From a virus (Duplodnaviria > Caudoviricetes): DNA of 64,000 nucleotides. Below, piece after piece: positions 1-9,035 of the stretch. The notes under the pieces are model-generated. The model had not been told where the DNA came from. It did not search any database and worked only from the letters and a program-made list of their open reading frames with translations. Numbering within the stretch: the stretch's first letter is position 1; every line of letters begins with the position of its first letter. The stretch is from positions 1 through 64,000 of the IMG/VR virus record IMGVR_UViG_2791355118_000001, one strand, 5' to 3'. The translations under genes and the position numbers were made by a program.

Positions 1-1164
1 TTACGATGCCGTCGACCGCTTCTTTGAAGCGACACCGCTTTTCGTCTCGCTGTCGCCATTCGCCGGCCGTCGAGCCTTCTTCTTTCCGAAAACCTTGTCG
101 ATGACGCCCTTGCCCTTCTTGGCGTGGATGTAGTTCTCGACGAGGAGCTTCTTCGTCTTCCAGCGGCCCTTGAGGGCCGTGGTGGCAACATCGACGCCGT
201 TCATCACGATCATCTCGGTCGCGAAGCTGTGGCGGCCTGGTTGATGGGTGCCGAGATAGGGGATGCCGGCCTTTTCGCAGATACGCATAATATCCTTGCG
301 CAGAAAGCGGGTCATGAAGCCGAAGAGCCGGTTATTGGGTTTCTTGGCGCCTCGCCCGCTATGGCGCGGGCCACCTCGCCTATTTTTCCCCCAGGGAGTG
401 CGCGCCTCCCATGACGCCAACCTTTCCCGCTTCCATTCCCGGAGCTGCTGGATTTCATAGACCATTTCAACGGTGAGGTCCGCCTCACCATCCTCGCCGT
501 TCTTCATGTCGCGGAAGATCACTTTCCTGTTCACCAGGTCGACGTCGGGGGAATCGTCTTCGAGCTTGATCGCGTCTGAGATGCGGGCGCCGGTCTGGAA
601 TATGAACAGCATTAAGGCACTGAGGCGGGGATCGTCACTCGCCTCACGGAAATCGTCGATGTAAGAGCGATCGACGGCGCGCTTGGGCGGCGCGGTCGAA
701 ACCTTGACGTCGCGATCCTTCTTCGAGAAGCCCTTGATCAGCACCTCGCGGCATTTGCCCTCGTCGGCGGCGAAGTTGATGACGGCGCGGGCCGGGATCA
801 CCACCTGGCGGTTCCAGGTCGTGTAGACCGCTTTCGGATAGATCGCTTTCGCGGCGGCGCGCACATCCGAGCCCCTCATGTCGGAGATCCTGGTCTCCTT
901 GAAGTGCTCAAGCAATTCTAGGATGAAGCGCTCGTCTTTGCCGGCGTCGAGGTAGAACTCAACCGCCTGAGCGAAGGTGAAGCGGTCCTTCGGGTCGAGG
1001 TCGATCTCTTCCTGGGCGCGCAGCTCGCGATTCAGGCGGACCTTGTTCGCTTTGCCTTCGTCAGTTTCGCCCGTGCTCTCGTGTAGGCGTTGCTCGCCTT
1101 GCCGGGTTGGGACTGTGCCGGTGAGCCACCAGAACCGGCCGCGCTTATAGATCGTGAGCGGCAT
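1..1164 (-). CDS. int: Tyrosine recombinase / phage integrase
   Basis: TGARISD (catalytic R), HQPGRHSF (HxxR-like box), C-terminal Tyr (ENYIH), N-terminal arm-binding-like segment. Confidence 0.93.
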   Translation of the reverse strand: MPLTIYKRGRFWWLTGTVPTRQGEQRLHESTGETDEGKANKVRLNRELRAQEEIDLDPKDRFTFAQAVEFYLDAGKDERFILELLEHFKETRISDMRGSDVRAAAKAIYPKAVYTTWNRQVVIPARAVINFAADEGKCREVLIKGFSKKDRDVKVSTAPPKRAVDRSYIDDFREASDDPRLSALMLFIFQTGARISDAIKLEDDSPDVDLVNRKVIFRDMKNGEDGEADLTVEMVYEIQQLREWKRERLASWEARTPWGKNRRGGPRHSGRGAKKPNNRLFGFMTRFLRKDIMRICEKAGIPYLGTHQPGRHSFATEMIVMNGVDVATTALKGRWKTKKLLVENYIHAKKGKGVIDKVFGKKKARRPANGDSETKSGVASKKRSTAS

Positions 1165-1367
1165 GACGCTTTACTCCACAAAAACAACTCATCGATCTGC
1201 CGCGGCGAGATCAGCACCTGCCTGTCGACACAGTAGCAGAGCCCCGTCTTGATCGCCTTCTCGCGCAACGACCTGGCGGACATGCGCAACCCTTTGTCGC
1301 GAAAAAGCGACGACCAGTATTCCGGCGTCTGCGACACGGTCAGCACTTCGGGCGGAAGGTCATTCAT
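1032..1367 (-). CDS. Putative excisionase-like small DNA-binding protein
   Basis: MNDLPPEVLTV...SARSLREKAIKTG; directly upstream of and overlapping int. Confidence 0.5.
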   Translation of the reverse strand: MNDLPPEVLTVSQTPEYWSSLFRDKGLRMSARSLREKAIKTGLCYCVDRQVLISPRQIDELFLWSKASCRSRSISAAGSGGSPAQSQPGKASNAYTRARAKLTKAKRTRSA

Positions 1368-1636
1368 GCGCTCTTCCCGGTCGCGGCAGCCATCTCCTCG
1401 AAATCTTCTTCCTCGGGCTCGCGCTCGTGCGCATCGATGAGCGCCAGCTCGTCCCATTCCTCGCAGAGGTACTCGTATTCGGACTCGTCGCCGTCGAAGA
1501 ACGGATGACGGCCGAGGTCGCGGTGCATGCGCCAACGGGTTTTGTCGGCGTAGCGACGGGTGTGGAAGGGCATCACCCAATCGGGCGGCTCGGTCTTCCA
1601 GGCGTCGTAGCCGGCCCATGAATCGCCGAGCATCAT
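1364..1636 (-). CDS. Hypothetical acidic phage protein
   Basis: MMLGDSWAGYDAWKT...; ATGA-type overlaps with both neighbours. Confidence 0.6.
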   Translation of the reverse strand: MMLGDSWAGYDAWKTEPPDWVMPFHTRRYADKTRWRMHRDLGRHPFFDGDESEYEYLCEEWDELALIDAHEREPEEEDFEEMAAATGKSA

Positions 1637-1893
1637 TTCGACCTTGGATGGGAAAGGCCGGGCAACGGGAACGGGTTCGGCACCTTGCCGGCGAGCATGC
1701 CATGGTGCGCCCAATCCTGGGTGTAATCGCAGAAGGGGCAAATCCAGCCGCGCACCGTCGCCACCAGCGCGCCCGTGTCGCCATAGGCCTCCCGGTGTTC
1801 GCCGTCGCCGCGGTTCGGGCAGGTGAAGGGGTGGAGGTGGCCGCACGTTTGATTGTGGGCCAGGTTCTCGACTTGATCAGCGGTGAACGCCAT
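1633..1893 (-). CDS. Hypothetical protein, putative Zn-binding (HPFTC...CPFC)
   Basis: MAFTADQVENL...; coupled to neighbours; Cys/His pattern. Confidence 0.65.
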   Translation of the reverse strand: MAFTADQVENLAHNQTCGHLHPFTCPNRGDGEHREAYGDTGALVATVRGWICPFCDYTQDWAHHGMLAGKVPNPFPLPGLSHPRSK

Positions 1894-2119
1894 CGGTGGC
1901 CTCCTCGACCAACCAGGTCTGCGAATTTCCCTTGAAGCCGAAGAGGCTGTCGCCCGCCTCAATGACGGCGACAGCCCCGTCGCGCACCGCCGAGTGAACG
2001 ACATGCTCGGGCACGGCCTGATAAGGACATTCGAACCACCACCGCCTCTGGCCACTGGAGAAGCCGAGGCGCAGGGAATCGCCCTTCGCAAGTCGCTCAA
2101 TGACGGCGGCGACTTTCAT
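1877..2119 (-). CDS. Hypothetical phage protein
   Basis: 80-aa ORF in the leftward operon. Confidence 0.6.
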   Translation of the reverse strand: MKVAAVIERLAKGDSLRLGFSSGQRRWWFECPYQAVPEHVVHSAVRDGAVAVIEAGDSLFGFKGNSQTWLVEEATDGVHR

Positions 2120-2126
2120 GGTGCGC

Positions 2127-2567
2127 CTACTGGAAGGTGCGGCGCGCGGGCGCTTTGGTGCGGATCGGCGGCGCCTTGGGATGGCGGCCGAGGCCAGAGG
2201 CTTTCGCTAGCCGCGACCGCGTGGCGGAATAATTCGCCGCCACCATCGGGTAATCCGACGGCAGGCCCCACTTCGCGCGGTAGGCGTCGGGCGTCAGGCC
2301 GTGGTCAGTCATCAAGTGCCGCTTGAGCGATTTGAACTTCAATCCATTTTCCAGGCAGATGATGAAATCGGGATGGATCGACTTCTTGGGGTTGACCGCC
2401 GGCTCCTTCGGCGGGGTCGCGTTGACGACCGCCGGGTCGTCGAGCTTGCGCACAGCGGCGTTCACGCTGGCGATCAGGTCGGGCAGTTGAGCGGCCGGCA
2501 CCGGGTTATTTCCGACATAGGCCGAGACGATCGAGGCCGTTAGCTCGATGTAGTTCTTGTCTTCCAT
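2127..2567 (-). CDS. mucR: MucR/Ros family transcriptional regulator
   Basis: IELTASIVSAYVGNN, PAVNPKKSI, ICLENG..FKSLKRHL, YRAKWGLP.DYPMVA.NYS..RS.LAK..GLG match the Ros/MucR signature; GGAG RBS before ATG 2567. Confidence 0.95.
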   Translation of the reverse strand: MEDKNYIELTASIVSAYVGNNPVPAAQLPDLIASVNAAVRKLDDPAVVNATPPKEPAVNPKKSIHPDFIICLENGLKFKSLKRHLMTDHGLTPDAYRAKWGLPSDYPMVAANYSATRSRLAKASGLGRHPKAPPIRTKAPARRTFQ

Positions 2568-2770
2568 GCTACTCTCCGTGGCGGGGGTCATGTCGTCGAG
2601 GTCAGATCGCCTCGGATCGACTTGGTAACGGGCGCGCGTGCCCGATTGGTGCCGGCGTCTCGACGAGATCGAATCTCATCATGCCGGGGTAGCAGCGACC
2701 TAGACCGGCGACGACTACTGCTGGCAAACTGCTCATGCTGCTTCTCTTTGCTACCAAATCGGTTCTTAGT

Positions 2771-2787
2771 GTAACCATTTTGGTTAC
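2771..2787. promoter_or_regulatory. 17-bp palindromic operator in the leftward promoter upstream of mucR
   Basis: GTAACCATTTTGGTTAC; minus-strand TTGACT (-35-like) at 2793-2798. Confidence 0.7.
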
Positions 2788-3638
2788 AGTGAAGTCAAGC
2801 AAAAAGGTGGTTTAATTTTCCTAGGTCTTGGTGCAGAAAGCACCTGTTTGATCGGCAAACAGGACCTCGGTTCGCCAATGCCCCGGCGCAACCTGTGTCC
2901 CAGCCGACGGAGCGCCTGCAAGACCTTTCGCTCCAGCCACGGCTTCTCCATCAGGTTCCCGGGAAAGCGAGGATCGCTGTGCACGGCGAGCGCCGGCAGC
3001 TCGATCAGGCTGGACCCTTTCGGATAGAAGCACTGTGTTTGAATGCTAAGGGCCGGGATCATCTGATAGGATTTAAGGCTGCCGGCTATTCCACAGGCGG
3101 GGTTGAACTTCGCATGGTCGACCGCATCCGAGAATACTCTCGTCAGCGCTAAAAGGCGCTCAGCCGTTGCCCGCGAGAGGATGTATCCGCCGGACCCAAA
3201 TGAAAAGCTCCGCAGAAGCGCAAGTTTGAAGGCGCCGGGTAGGGCAGACACAGAGCTGTCGAGCCAAACTCTGACGGGAACCGCCTCGATCTTGATGATG
3301 TCGGCATCCTTGGGAATCCACGAGGTGTTCTCACCTAGAAACGGGGCCGCTTGCTTCGCTATCAACATGTCGTCTTCGAAAACGCAGCCGTAGGCGTCCG
3401 GCCCTGACACGATCCGCTCCCAGCATTTGCGGTGGCTCAGGAAGCATCCCACTTCTTCTGGCGTCATCGCAGCCGCGCCAGCGGCGGGCTTGTGGACGTC
3501 CGAAATCTCGGCGTCGCTAAGCAGACGTCCGTCCACCGCCGGAACGCGTTCGAAGTCCGCTCCGATAGAGTTCAGACGGTCCGCCATCCGTTGCATCCTG
3601 CCGGGGCTGCGGTCCAGGTTGATGATGTAGGATTTCAT
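2784..3638 (-). CDS. Glycosyltransferase family 25 (LPS biosynthesis type), moron
   Basis: YIINLDRS..R, FERVPAVDG, EVGCFLSH..CW, VFEDD, GYILS motifs. Confidence 0.9.
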   Translation of the reverse strand: MKSYIINLDRSPGRMQRMADRLNSIGADFERVPAVDGRLLSDAEISDVHKPAAGAAAMTPEEVGCFLSHRKCWERIVSGPDAYGCVFEDDMLIAKQAAPFLGENTSWIPKDADIIKIEAVPVRVWLDSSVSALPGAFKLALLRSFSFGSGGYILSRATAERLLALTRVFSDAVDHAKFNPACGIAGSLKSYQMIPALSIQTQCFYPKGSSLIELPALAVHSDPRFPGNLMEKPWLERKVLQALRRLGHRLRRGIGEPRSCLPIKQVLSAPRPRKIKPPFCLTSL

Positions 3639-4006
3639 GGAATTCGTTGATCGGCAGCTTGGCTGTCGGATCTGACCTCGTTCGGGCTACTTGCATCGCT
3701 GGCCTTGCCAGTTCTTCCCTGGCCTCTCTTGGCTTGGAAGAATTTCGCCTGCGCACGAGACATTCGCTTATTAAAGCTTCCCAGCAGATACCCGCCGGGC
3801 AATACGCACATTATTCCAGTGACGACGTTATTGGGGAACACAAAGTACAACAGCGCCAAACCGACACAGGTTACGATAAATGTCCAAAATAAGTTTGCAA
3901 ACGCGTCTTGCCACATGCGGTTTATCGGAAGGAATTGCTCCATCCATGGCAAAACCAGCGGGTTCTTATCCCAAAACTGTTCAATTCGGATCGGTTCCGG
4001 TGGCAC
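3635..4006 (-). CDS. Hypothetical membrane protein (two TM segments)
   Basis: Hydrophobic stretches; ATGA overlap with the GT25 gene; lower GC; start uncertain. Confidence 0.5.
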   Translation of the reverse strand: MPPEPIRIEQFWDKNPLVLPWMEQFLPINRMWQDAFANLFWTFIVTCVGLALLYFVFPNNVVTGIMCVLPGGYLLGSFNKRMSRAQAKFFQAKRGQGRTGKASDASSPNEVRSDSQAADQRIP

Positions 4007-4176
4007 TGGCTTCGAACGATCAATGGGCTACTAAAGACGGCCTTGGTCGGCAGCGATGCAATGTCTAATGGACAAAAGCATCTCGTAAGATCCTCCAAGA
4101 AACCTCGGAGTATCCGTGCTCGGCCATGTTGTCTGTGCACGTTTTGCGTGGACTGCTTCACTTCTAGGTGATGGCC

Positions 4177-4686
4177 TCATAAGAGCGATCCTTGCGTGTC
4201 GAGAGGCGACGTTGAGGTGGCAGCCTTGGGCGCTTGCGCCAGCATCCATTTAGCCGGCACGACGGGCTTGCCATTCTTGGCGAATGGGACGAGGCGCTTC
4301 CAATCGAAAAACCCGAGCTGTCCGCCGACTGGGATGAATTCGACCGGACACGCGTCAGCGATCACGAGCCCCTTCGGACCGAAAAACCACGGGCTGTCGA
4401 ACTGGGTCACGATGTCGACAATGGTGCCGACACCGACGATCCCGCCGCGCTCGAGCTCGGCCGGCGGCGGGCATTGGAAACCGAGAGACTGGCAGAGATC
4501 AGCGCAGTCCGCATATTCGTCGCGCGTCATGCCGGTCGAGGCGTGGATTGCGAAATCGCCGCGGAAATTCAGGCCTGGATTGCCAGCACGCCAGGATCGG
4601 TTCTCTACCGGCTTCCAGCCCATCATGAGGCAATGCGCCCATGGCTGGCGCACCGAGAGAGCCAGCTTCGGAAGGTCGACCATCAC
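4177..4686 (-). CDS. ASCH domain protein
   Basis: ALSVRQPWA, GWKPVENRSW, FRG.FAIHAS, GGIVG, V.GQLGFF. Confidence 0.88.
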   Translation of the reverse strand: MMVDLPKLALSVRQPWAHCLMMGWKPVENRSWRAGNPGLNFRGDFAIHASTGMTRDEYADCADLCQSLGFQCPPPAELERGGIVGVGTIVDIVTQFDSPWFFGPKGLVIADACPVEFIPVGGQLGFFDWKRLVPFAKNGKPVVPAKWMLAQAPKAATSTSPLDTQGSLL

Positions 4687-5075
4687 TCGCTCCTGGCGAT
4701 CAGTTTGGGTTTCAGTTTGCCTTGCTTGGCCCTGTTCTCGACCGAGATTGGGACACCCGGCCGCTGCTCGAAGATCGTCTGCAGCACCTTACGCACCTGG
4801 TGGGCGCCGGGCGCGTCGGTGGCGAGGATCATCAGCGCCGCGTCGGCGAACGCCTGATTGATGTTGGCTGCGGTGGCAGCGACCGACGGGGCGGCGCGCA
4901 CCCTGGCCCGGCTACGCCGCCGGGCGAGGCGGAAATATTCCCGCTTCTGGTCCTCGTTGAGGCTGGTGAAGCTTCCCGGCTTCGGCGCGTTCTTCGCCGT
5001 CAGCAGATCATAGAGCTTCGTCAGCGCCTCGTCGGGGCTCATTTGCATTTGGACATGTCCAGTTGCAGTTTCCAT
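4683..5075 (-). CDS. Hypothetical phage protein
   Basis: METATGHVQMQ...; coupled to neighbours. Confidence 0.65.
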   Translation of the reverse strand: METATGHVQMQMSPDEALTKLYDLLTAKNAPKPGSFTSLNEDQKREYFRLARRRSRARVRAAPSVAATAANINQAFADAALMILATDAPGAHQVRKVLQTIFEQRPGVPISVENRAKQGKLKPKLIARSE

Positions 5076-5254
5076 CACGGCGCCGCCGCCAGCAAAATAC
5101 CTATCAGGATCAGCAGCGCGCCGATGAACGCGACTATCGCGCCGAAGACACATCCCTCGATCGGCACCCATCGACCGGTGAAATCGAGGTAGGCGCGCCG
5201 GCCGCAAGCGCTGAGCATGATGATGAAGCCGGCGGCCAGGAAGAACGTGCTCAT
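5075..5254 (-). CDS. Small membrane protein
   Basis: MSTFFLAAGFIIML...; two hydrophobic helices; TGATG overlaps. Confidence 0.55.
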   Translation of the reverse strand: MSTFFLAAGFIIMLSACGRRAYLDFTGRWVPIEGCVFGAIVAFIGALLILIGILLAAAP

Positions 5255-5472
5255 CAGGTGCCCGCGATGTTGGTGTGCGTGGTGATGATGTTCGCGCCGC
5301 CGTCGGCGCGACCAGGATCCGAGCCGGTCGGCGCAAGCCGGAAATAGTCGAGCGCGGCTTCGGACATCGCGCACTCTGCCAGGTCATCGACCGACCGGCC
5401 TTTCTCGGCCGAAATGGCACTCATGCGAGCTGCGGTCAGTTCGTCGATATAGACGGAGATGATCGGCATCAC
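5254..5472 (-). CDS. Putative ribbon-helix-helix (CopG-like) protein
   Basis: ISVYIDE...RMSAISAEKGRSVDDLAE pattern. Confidence 0.55.
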   Translation of the reverse strand: MMPIISVYIDELTAARMSAISAEKGRSVDDLAECAMSEAALDYFRLAPTGSDPGRADGGANIITTHTNIAGT

Positions 5473-5705
5473 TCGCCGCCTTCGCCTCTGCGAGGCCGCG
5501 CCTTGGTGATCAGCACCACCTCGCCGTTCGGATAGATCAGCTCGACCTGCTCATTGCGACCGATGCCGTCGAAGATCGCCGTCAGCTGGGACGTCAGGGA
5601 TTCGTTGGCGCGCTCCAGCAAATCTATCTTCGCCTGCGTCTGCGCCTGGGCGATGCGCAGTTGGAGGTCCGAAATCCTGGGGGGATGCGCTACTTCGTTA
5701 GGCAT
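5469..5705 (-). CDS. Hypothetical phage protein
   Basis: 78-aa ORF with GGAG RBS. Confidence 0.6.
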   Translation of the reverse strand: MPNEVAHPPRISDLQLRIAQAQTQAKIDLLERANESLTSQLTAIFDGIGRNEQVELIYPNGEVVLITKARPRRGEGGE

Positions 5706-5878
5706 GGGTCAGTCTCCTCGTTTTGGTCAGGGGTAAAGGGTATGAAGCCGCAGCTCGCCTTTTGCTCGACGACGCGCTCGGCATCGTTGGTCATGCTGGG
5801 CAGGTCCGGCCGGCAGCGGTCCGCGATGAAGACCACCCCAGGCGTGACGACGAGCTCGGCGTAGCTGGCGCGCTTCAT
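5690..5878 (-). CDS. Small hypothetical protein (SMTNDAE motif), possibly shortened
   Basis: MKRASYAELVVTP...; ATGA overlap with the upstream gene. Confidence 0.4.
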   Translation of the reverse strand: MKRASYAELVVTPGVVFIADRCRPDLPSMTNDAERVVEQKASCGFIPFTPDQNEETDPCLTK

Positions 5879-6285
5879 CGGAAACCTCTTTGGAGCTTCG
5901 GGAAGGGCCGGCTCGGCATCTTCCGTTTCCGCTTGCCCTTTCCAGTGCGCCCCTCGAGTCGCTTTGTCTTCGCGATCTCGCGCTGGTCGACCGGGGTTTT
6001 GACGCCATGCGTCGGCTTGTTCAGGGCCACGATGAACTCGAGGGCGCACGATGGCGGGACGGTGTCATGCGCTTCCGGGTCCCAGCGCCGCCGCTGCAGC
6101 GCCGGATCGTGATCGAACTGAACACCGTCGAGCGGGTTGAGCCGCGCGCCGCTGGGCTCTTTGCCCCCTTGGCGCACGACGATCTCAAGCTTCTCGCGGA
6201 CGCTCAGCGCGCGCGGCCGCCAGTTCTCCGGCGGACCGAGCACCGGGGCGCCGTGGTCGGGAAGGATTGCGATCCGGCCGGCCAT
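5875..6285 (-). CDS. Degenerate HNH-like protein
   Basis: QFDHDPAL ... H.VKT..D..EIAKTKRL resembles small phage HNH proteins with the Cys ligands lost. Confidence 0.55.
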   Translation of the reverse strand: MAGRIAILPDHGAPVLGPPENWRPRALSVREKLEIVVRQGGKEPSGARLNPLDGVQFDHDPALQRRRWDPEAHDTVPPSCALEFIVALNKPTHGVKTPVDQREIAKTKRLEGRTGKGKRKRKMPSRPFPKLQRGFR

Positions 6286-6287
6286 GA

Positions 6288-7400
6288 TCAGCCCGCGCTC
6301 GGCGGAGTGAGCGCAGCGAGCCGCCGCGCCTTGATCTTGTCGGCCAGCTGGCGACTGCTCTCGTCGTCGTGGAATTGAGCCTCGACGTCGAACTCGGTCC
6401 AGATTTCCTCCACGGCCGCGGTCGACTTCGCACCTTGAAGGGCGATCTGGAAATCCTCGAAGAACTTGCCGTTGTCGAAGGCCGCTGGTTGCTCCTCCTC
6501 GGCGGCTTCTGCGCCGTCGTGCATGCCCTCGACATCCTTGTCGAACCCGTTCTCGGGGATAGGGTCGACGGCGTCGAGGCTGGGCACCGGTGGCGGCGAT
6601 GGCGGGGTGAGCCTGACCCTGGGTGCCGGCTCGTCGTCGTGGTGCTCGATCAGATCGCCGGCGATCTCGCGGGCCTCGAACTCATCTCGCACGCCGCCAA
6701 GAACGTCGCCGAATAGCTCGCGCAGGCAGAAGCCAGCTGCGCGCCATTGCTTCATCCGCTTGGGGTGGCGGAACCAGGAGGAATCGTTAGGCACGTCGTC
6801 CCACACATGCTGGTTGTTTTTCCAGACCTTGCCGCGACGGGTCGGGCGTTCGTCCCAGAGGCCGGCTTGCTTGGCATCCGCGACCGAATAGGCCTCGACC
6901 TTCATTTCCCCTGTGTCGGACCGCACCGCCTTGCACCAGCCGATGGTGCGCTCGTCGACGGTGTTCATCTGGGCAACCACATCCTTGTGCAGGCCGAGAT
7001 TGAGGAGCGCCTCTTTCGTCGCATCGCGCAGATAGCCCAGCTCGACCGATTTCGCTCTGCCCGACTTTCGAACGACGTTGATCAGTCCGTCGCCGTAAAG
7101 CGCCGGCTTGCCGCCGATGACGGTAAAGCTGCGCAGCGCCACCATGGGCGGTAGGCCGAGCTCCGCGCCGGACATGATGACGATGGCCACGGCGCTGGTG
7201 CCCTTCTTGCCCCAACGCTTCCAGGCGTCGTCGCCGGCATCCTCAGCCGGCTCGCGACCGACAAGCGCCTGTGGCGCCAGACCGGCCTCGACGATCATGG
7301 TGGCGAGACGCCACGTTTCCTCGATCGACTGAGGGATGATGGCGCTGATCGCGCCGCCGACCATAAGGGCCGGTAACTGAGCCCGTTCGTTCATTTCCAA
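6288..7400 (-). CDS. RecT/Redbeta-like single-strand annealing recombinase
   Basis: IMSGAELGLPPM.AL, IGGKPALYG, A.QAGLW, W..HPKRM..WRA.GFCLR..F.DVLGG; acidic Pro-rich tail. Confidence 0.8.
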   Translation of the reverse strand: MEMNERAQLPALMVGGAISAIIPQSIEETWRLATMIVEAGLAPQALVGREPAEDAGDDAWKRWGKKGTSAVAIVIMSGAELGLPPMVALRSFTVIGGKPALYGDGLINVVRKSGRAKSVELGYLRDATKEALLNLGLHKDVVAQMNTVDERTIGWCKAVRSDTGEMKVEAYSVADAKQAGLWDERPTRRGKVWKNNQHVWDDVPNDSSWFRHPKRMKQWRAAGFCLRELFGDVLGGVRDEFEAREIAGDLIEHHDDEPAPRVRLTPPSPPPVPSLDAVDPIPENGFDKDVEGMHDGAEAAEEEQPAAFDNGKFFEDFQIALQGAKSTAAVEEIWTEFDVEAQFHDDESSRQLADKIKARRLAALTPPSAG

Positions 7401-7576
7401 TCCTCGGGGTTGAAGCTGTTGGCGCGCCAGGTCCGGCGCATCTCATCCTGCTCGATGCGCATGTCATTCCAGGCGAACCAGAAGGCGGCGGGGACTTCGC
7501 GGAAGAGCCGTCTGCAAGCGGCGCTGATCATCACGGGAAGCCAGAAAATGATGATGGCAACGCGGACCAAGCTCAT
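7391..7576 (-). CDS. Small hypothetical protein
   Basis: MSLVRVAIIIFW... within the operon. Confidence 0.45.
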   Translation of the reverse strand: MSLVRVAIIIFWLPVMISAACRRLFREVPAAFWFAWNDMRIEQDEMRRTWRANSFNPEDWK

Positions 7577-7578
7577 GG

Positions 7579-7890
7579 CTATTTGTCCACGTCGTCGAAA
7601 ATCGACCGGTTCCCGTTCTCGTCGAGCAGCGTGCCGTCGGGCGACCACTGGTGCCGGCCGTTCGGATGCTTGGCGGCGCGCTGCTCGTCGGTGCGCACGT
7701 CGATTGCGAGGATGGCTGTGTTGGCGGCGTCGGAATGATCCTTGATCTCCGCGACCGTGACGGACGTCTCGCGTCCGCGAACAGGCACTATGACGCGGGA
7801 GCCGACAGCCACGTCGAAGGCGCCGGCGAAATAGTCGTAAGTCTTGTCGCTCTCGCCGAATTTCACGGCGACGATCTTCTGGTCGGTCAT
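7579..7890 (-). CDS. Hypothetical phage protein
   Basis: IVAVKF...KTYDY...VG.RVIVP, SH3/KOW-like N-terminus. Confidence 0.65.
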   Translation of the reverse strand: MTDQKIVAVKFGESDKTYDYFAGAFDVAVGSRVIVPVRGRETSVTVAEIKDHSDAANTAILAIDVRTDEQRAAKHPNGRHQWSPDGTLLDENGNRSIFDDVDK

Positions 7891-9008
7891 GCTGCCCTCT
7901 TGTCTGGGACCCGCTCCATGCCGGCCGGCAGGGCGGCGTCTTTGTTGCGCGCGATGCGGCCGGCGATCTTCTCGACCGCCTCCCGGACCTCAGGCTCGTC
8001 TTTCAACGCAATGAGCAGCGCGTCGTAGTCGGTGATGTTCGCGACCCAATAGGTGTGCAGGGACATCTTGGCGCCGGTCCTGCCGGCGAAGACCGGACGG
8101 GCTTGAGCCTCGCGCGCAGCTTCCGCTGCGCGATCGTTCAGCCGCTTGGCCTCCGCCTCGGCTTCGAGCCGCCGGGCCTCCTGCTCGCTCTCCTGCGCGA
8201 ACGAAGATGCGAGGCCGGGTGAAGTGTCGGCTTCGCGCTGGGCCTTCTTCTCCTCGGCCGCGCGCGCGGCGTCGGCCGCCCGCTGCTGAGCCGCCTCTGC
8301 TTCGCGCCGTATGCGATCGGCATCCTCGCGAGCCTTGCGCTGACGCTCCTGCTCCAGGCGGTCCAGTTCTTTCAGCCACGCCTCACCATGCTTTTTCAGC
8401 TTCTTGGCCAGGTCCTTGGAATCGGTGCGCAGATCGCGCCATTTGTCATCGACGGCGTTGCCGCCATCGAGCCAAGGGCGCTTCTCGACGGTGAATTGTT
8501 CGTCCGCCCTGTTCGCGATGCCGGAGAGCCGCTTTGCCCAGACGCCCGCCTGATCGGCCTGCTCCTGCGTGCTGATCGGCCTTTTGAGGAAGCCCTCGAC
8601 CGTTTCCTTCTCGGCCGCCAGTTCCAGGGTCAGGTCTTTGTGCAGATCGCCTGTCTTAGCCGGGAGGTTGTGCTCCTTCGAAACCGGCGGCGGGTCATCT
8701 GGCCAAGGCTCGCCGGCCAGCACGGAATGATAGAGCGCTTCGGTGATCGGGTTGCGGCAAGCATAGTTCCAGACCTTGTCGGCCTCCGCTTCCTTGCCAC
8801 CCTGCAGGCAGATGACACTGCCCGCCGCATCGCGCCAGATTGCAACGGGAACCAGAGGCGCATCCTTGAACGGACGGTTCCTGAAAAATCCTGACTCCGG
8901 GCTGTCGGCCGAAGGGGCGAGCAGGAGCAGCTGATCGTGGGTCAGCTCGCGATATCCACCCGCCAGTTTCAATGCCTGACGCCACCATGCGTATTGGTCC
9001 GCCGTCAT
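7887..9008 (-). CDS. Coiled-coil phage protein of the recombination module
   Basis: Long helical ORF, EKRPWLDGGNAVDDKW; first gene of the leftward operon. Confidence 0.75.
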   Translation of the reverse strand: MTADQYAWWRQALKLAGGYRELTHDQLLLLAPSADSPESGFFRNRPFKDAPLVPVAIWRDAAGSVICLQGGKEAEADKVWNYACRNPITEALYHSVLAGEPWPDDPPPVSKEHNLPAKTGDLHKDLTLELAAEKETVEGFLKRPISTQEQADQAGVWAKRLSGIANRADEQFTVEKRPWLDGGNAVDDKWRDLRTDSKDLAKKLKKHGEAWLKELDRLEQERQRKAREDADRIRREAEAAQQRAADAARAAEEKKAQREADTSPGLASSFAQESEQEARRLEAEAEAKRLNDRAAEAAREAQARPVFAGRTGAKMSLHTYWVANITDYDALLIALKDEPEVREAVEKIAGRIARNKDAALPAGMERVPDKRAA

Positions 9009-9035
9009 CCGTCTGTATCCTTTTGTGTTACACGT

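Noticed and set aside
2821-2890. Frameshift near the 3' end of the GT25 gene
   Set aside because: An alternative ending (HWRTEVLFADQ...) is plausible, but the ORF is open and the catalytic region intact; undecidable without homologues.
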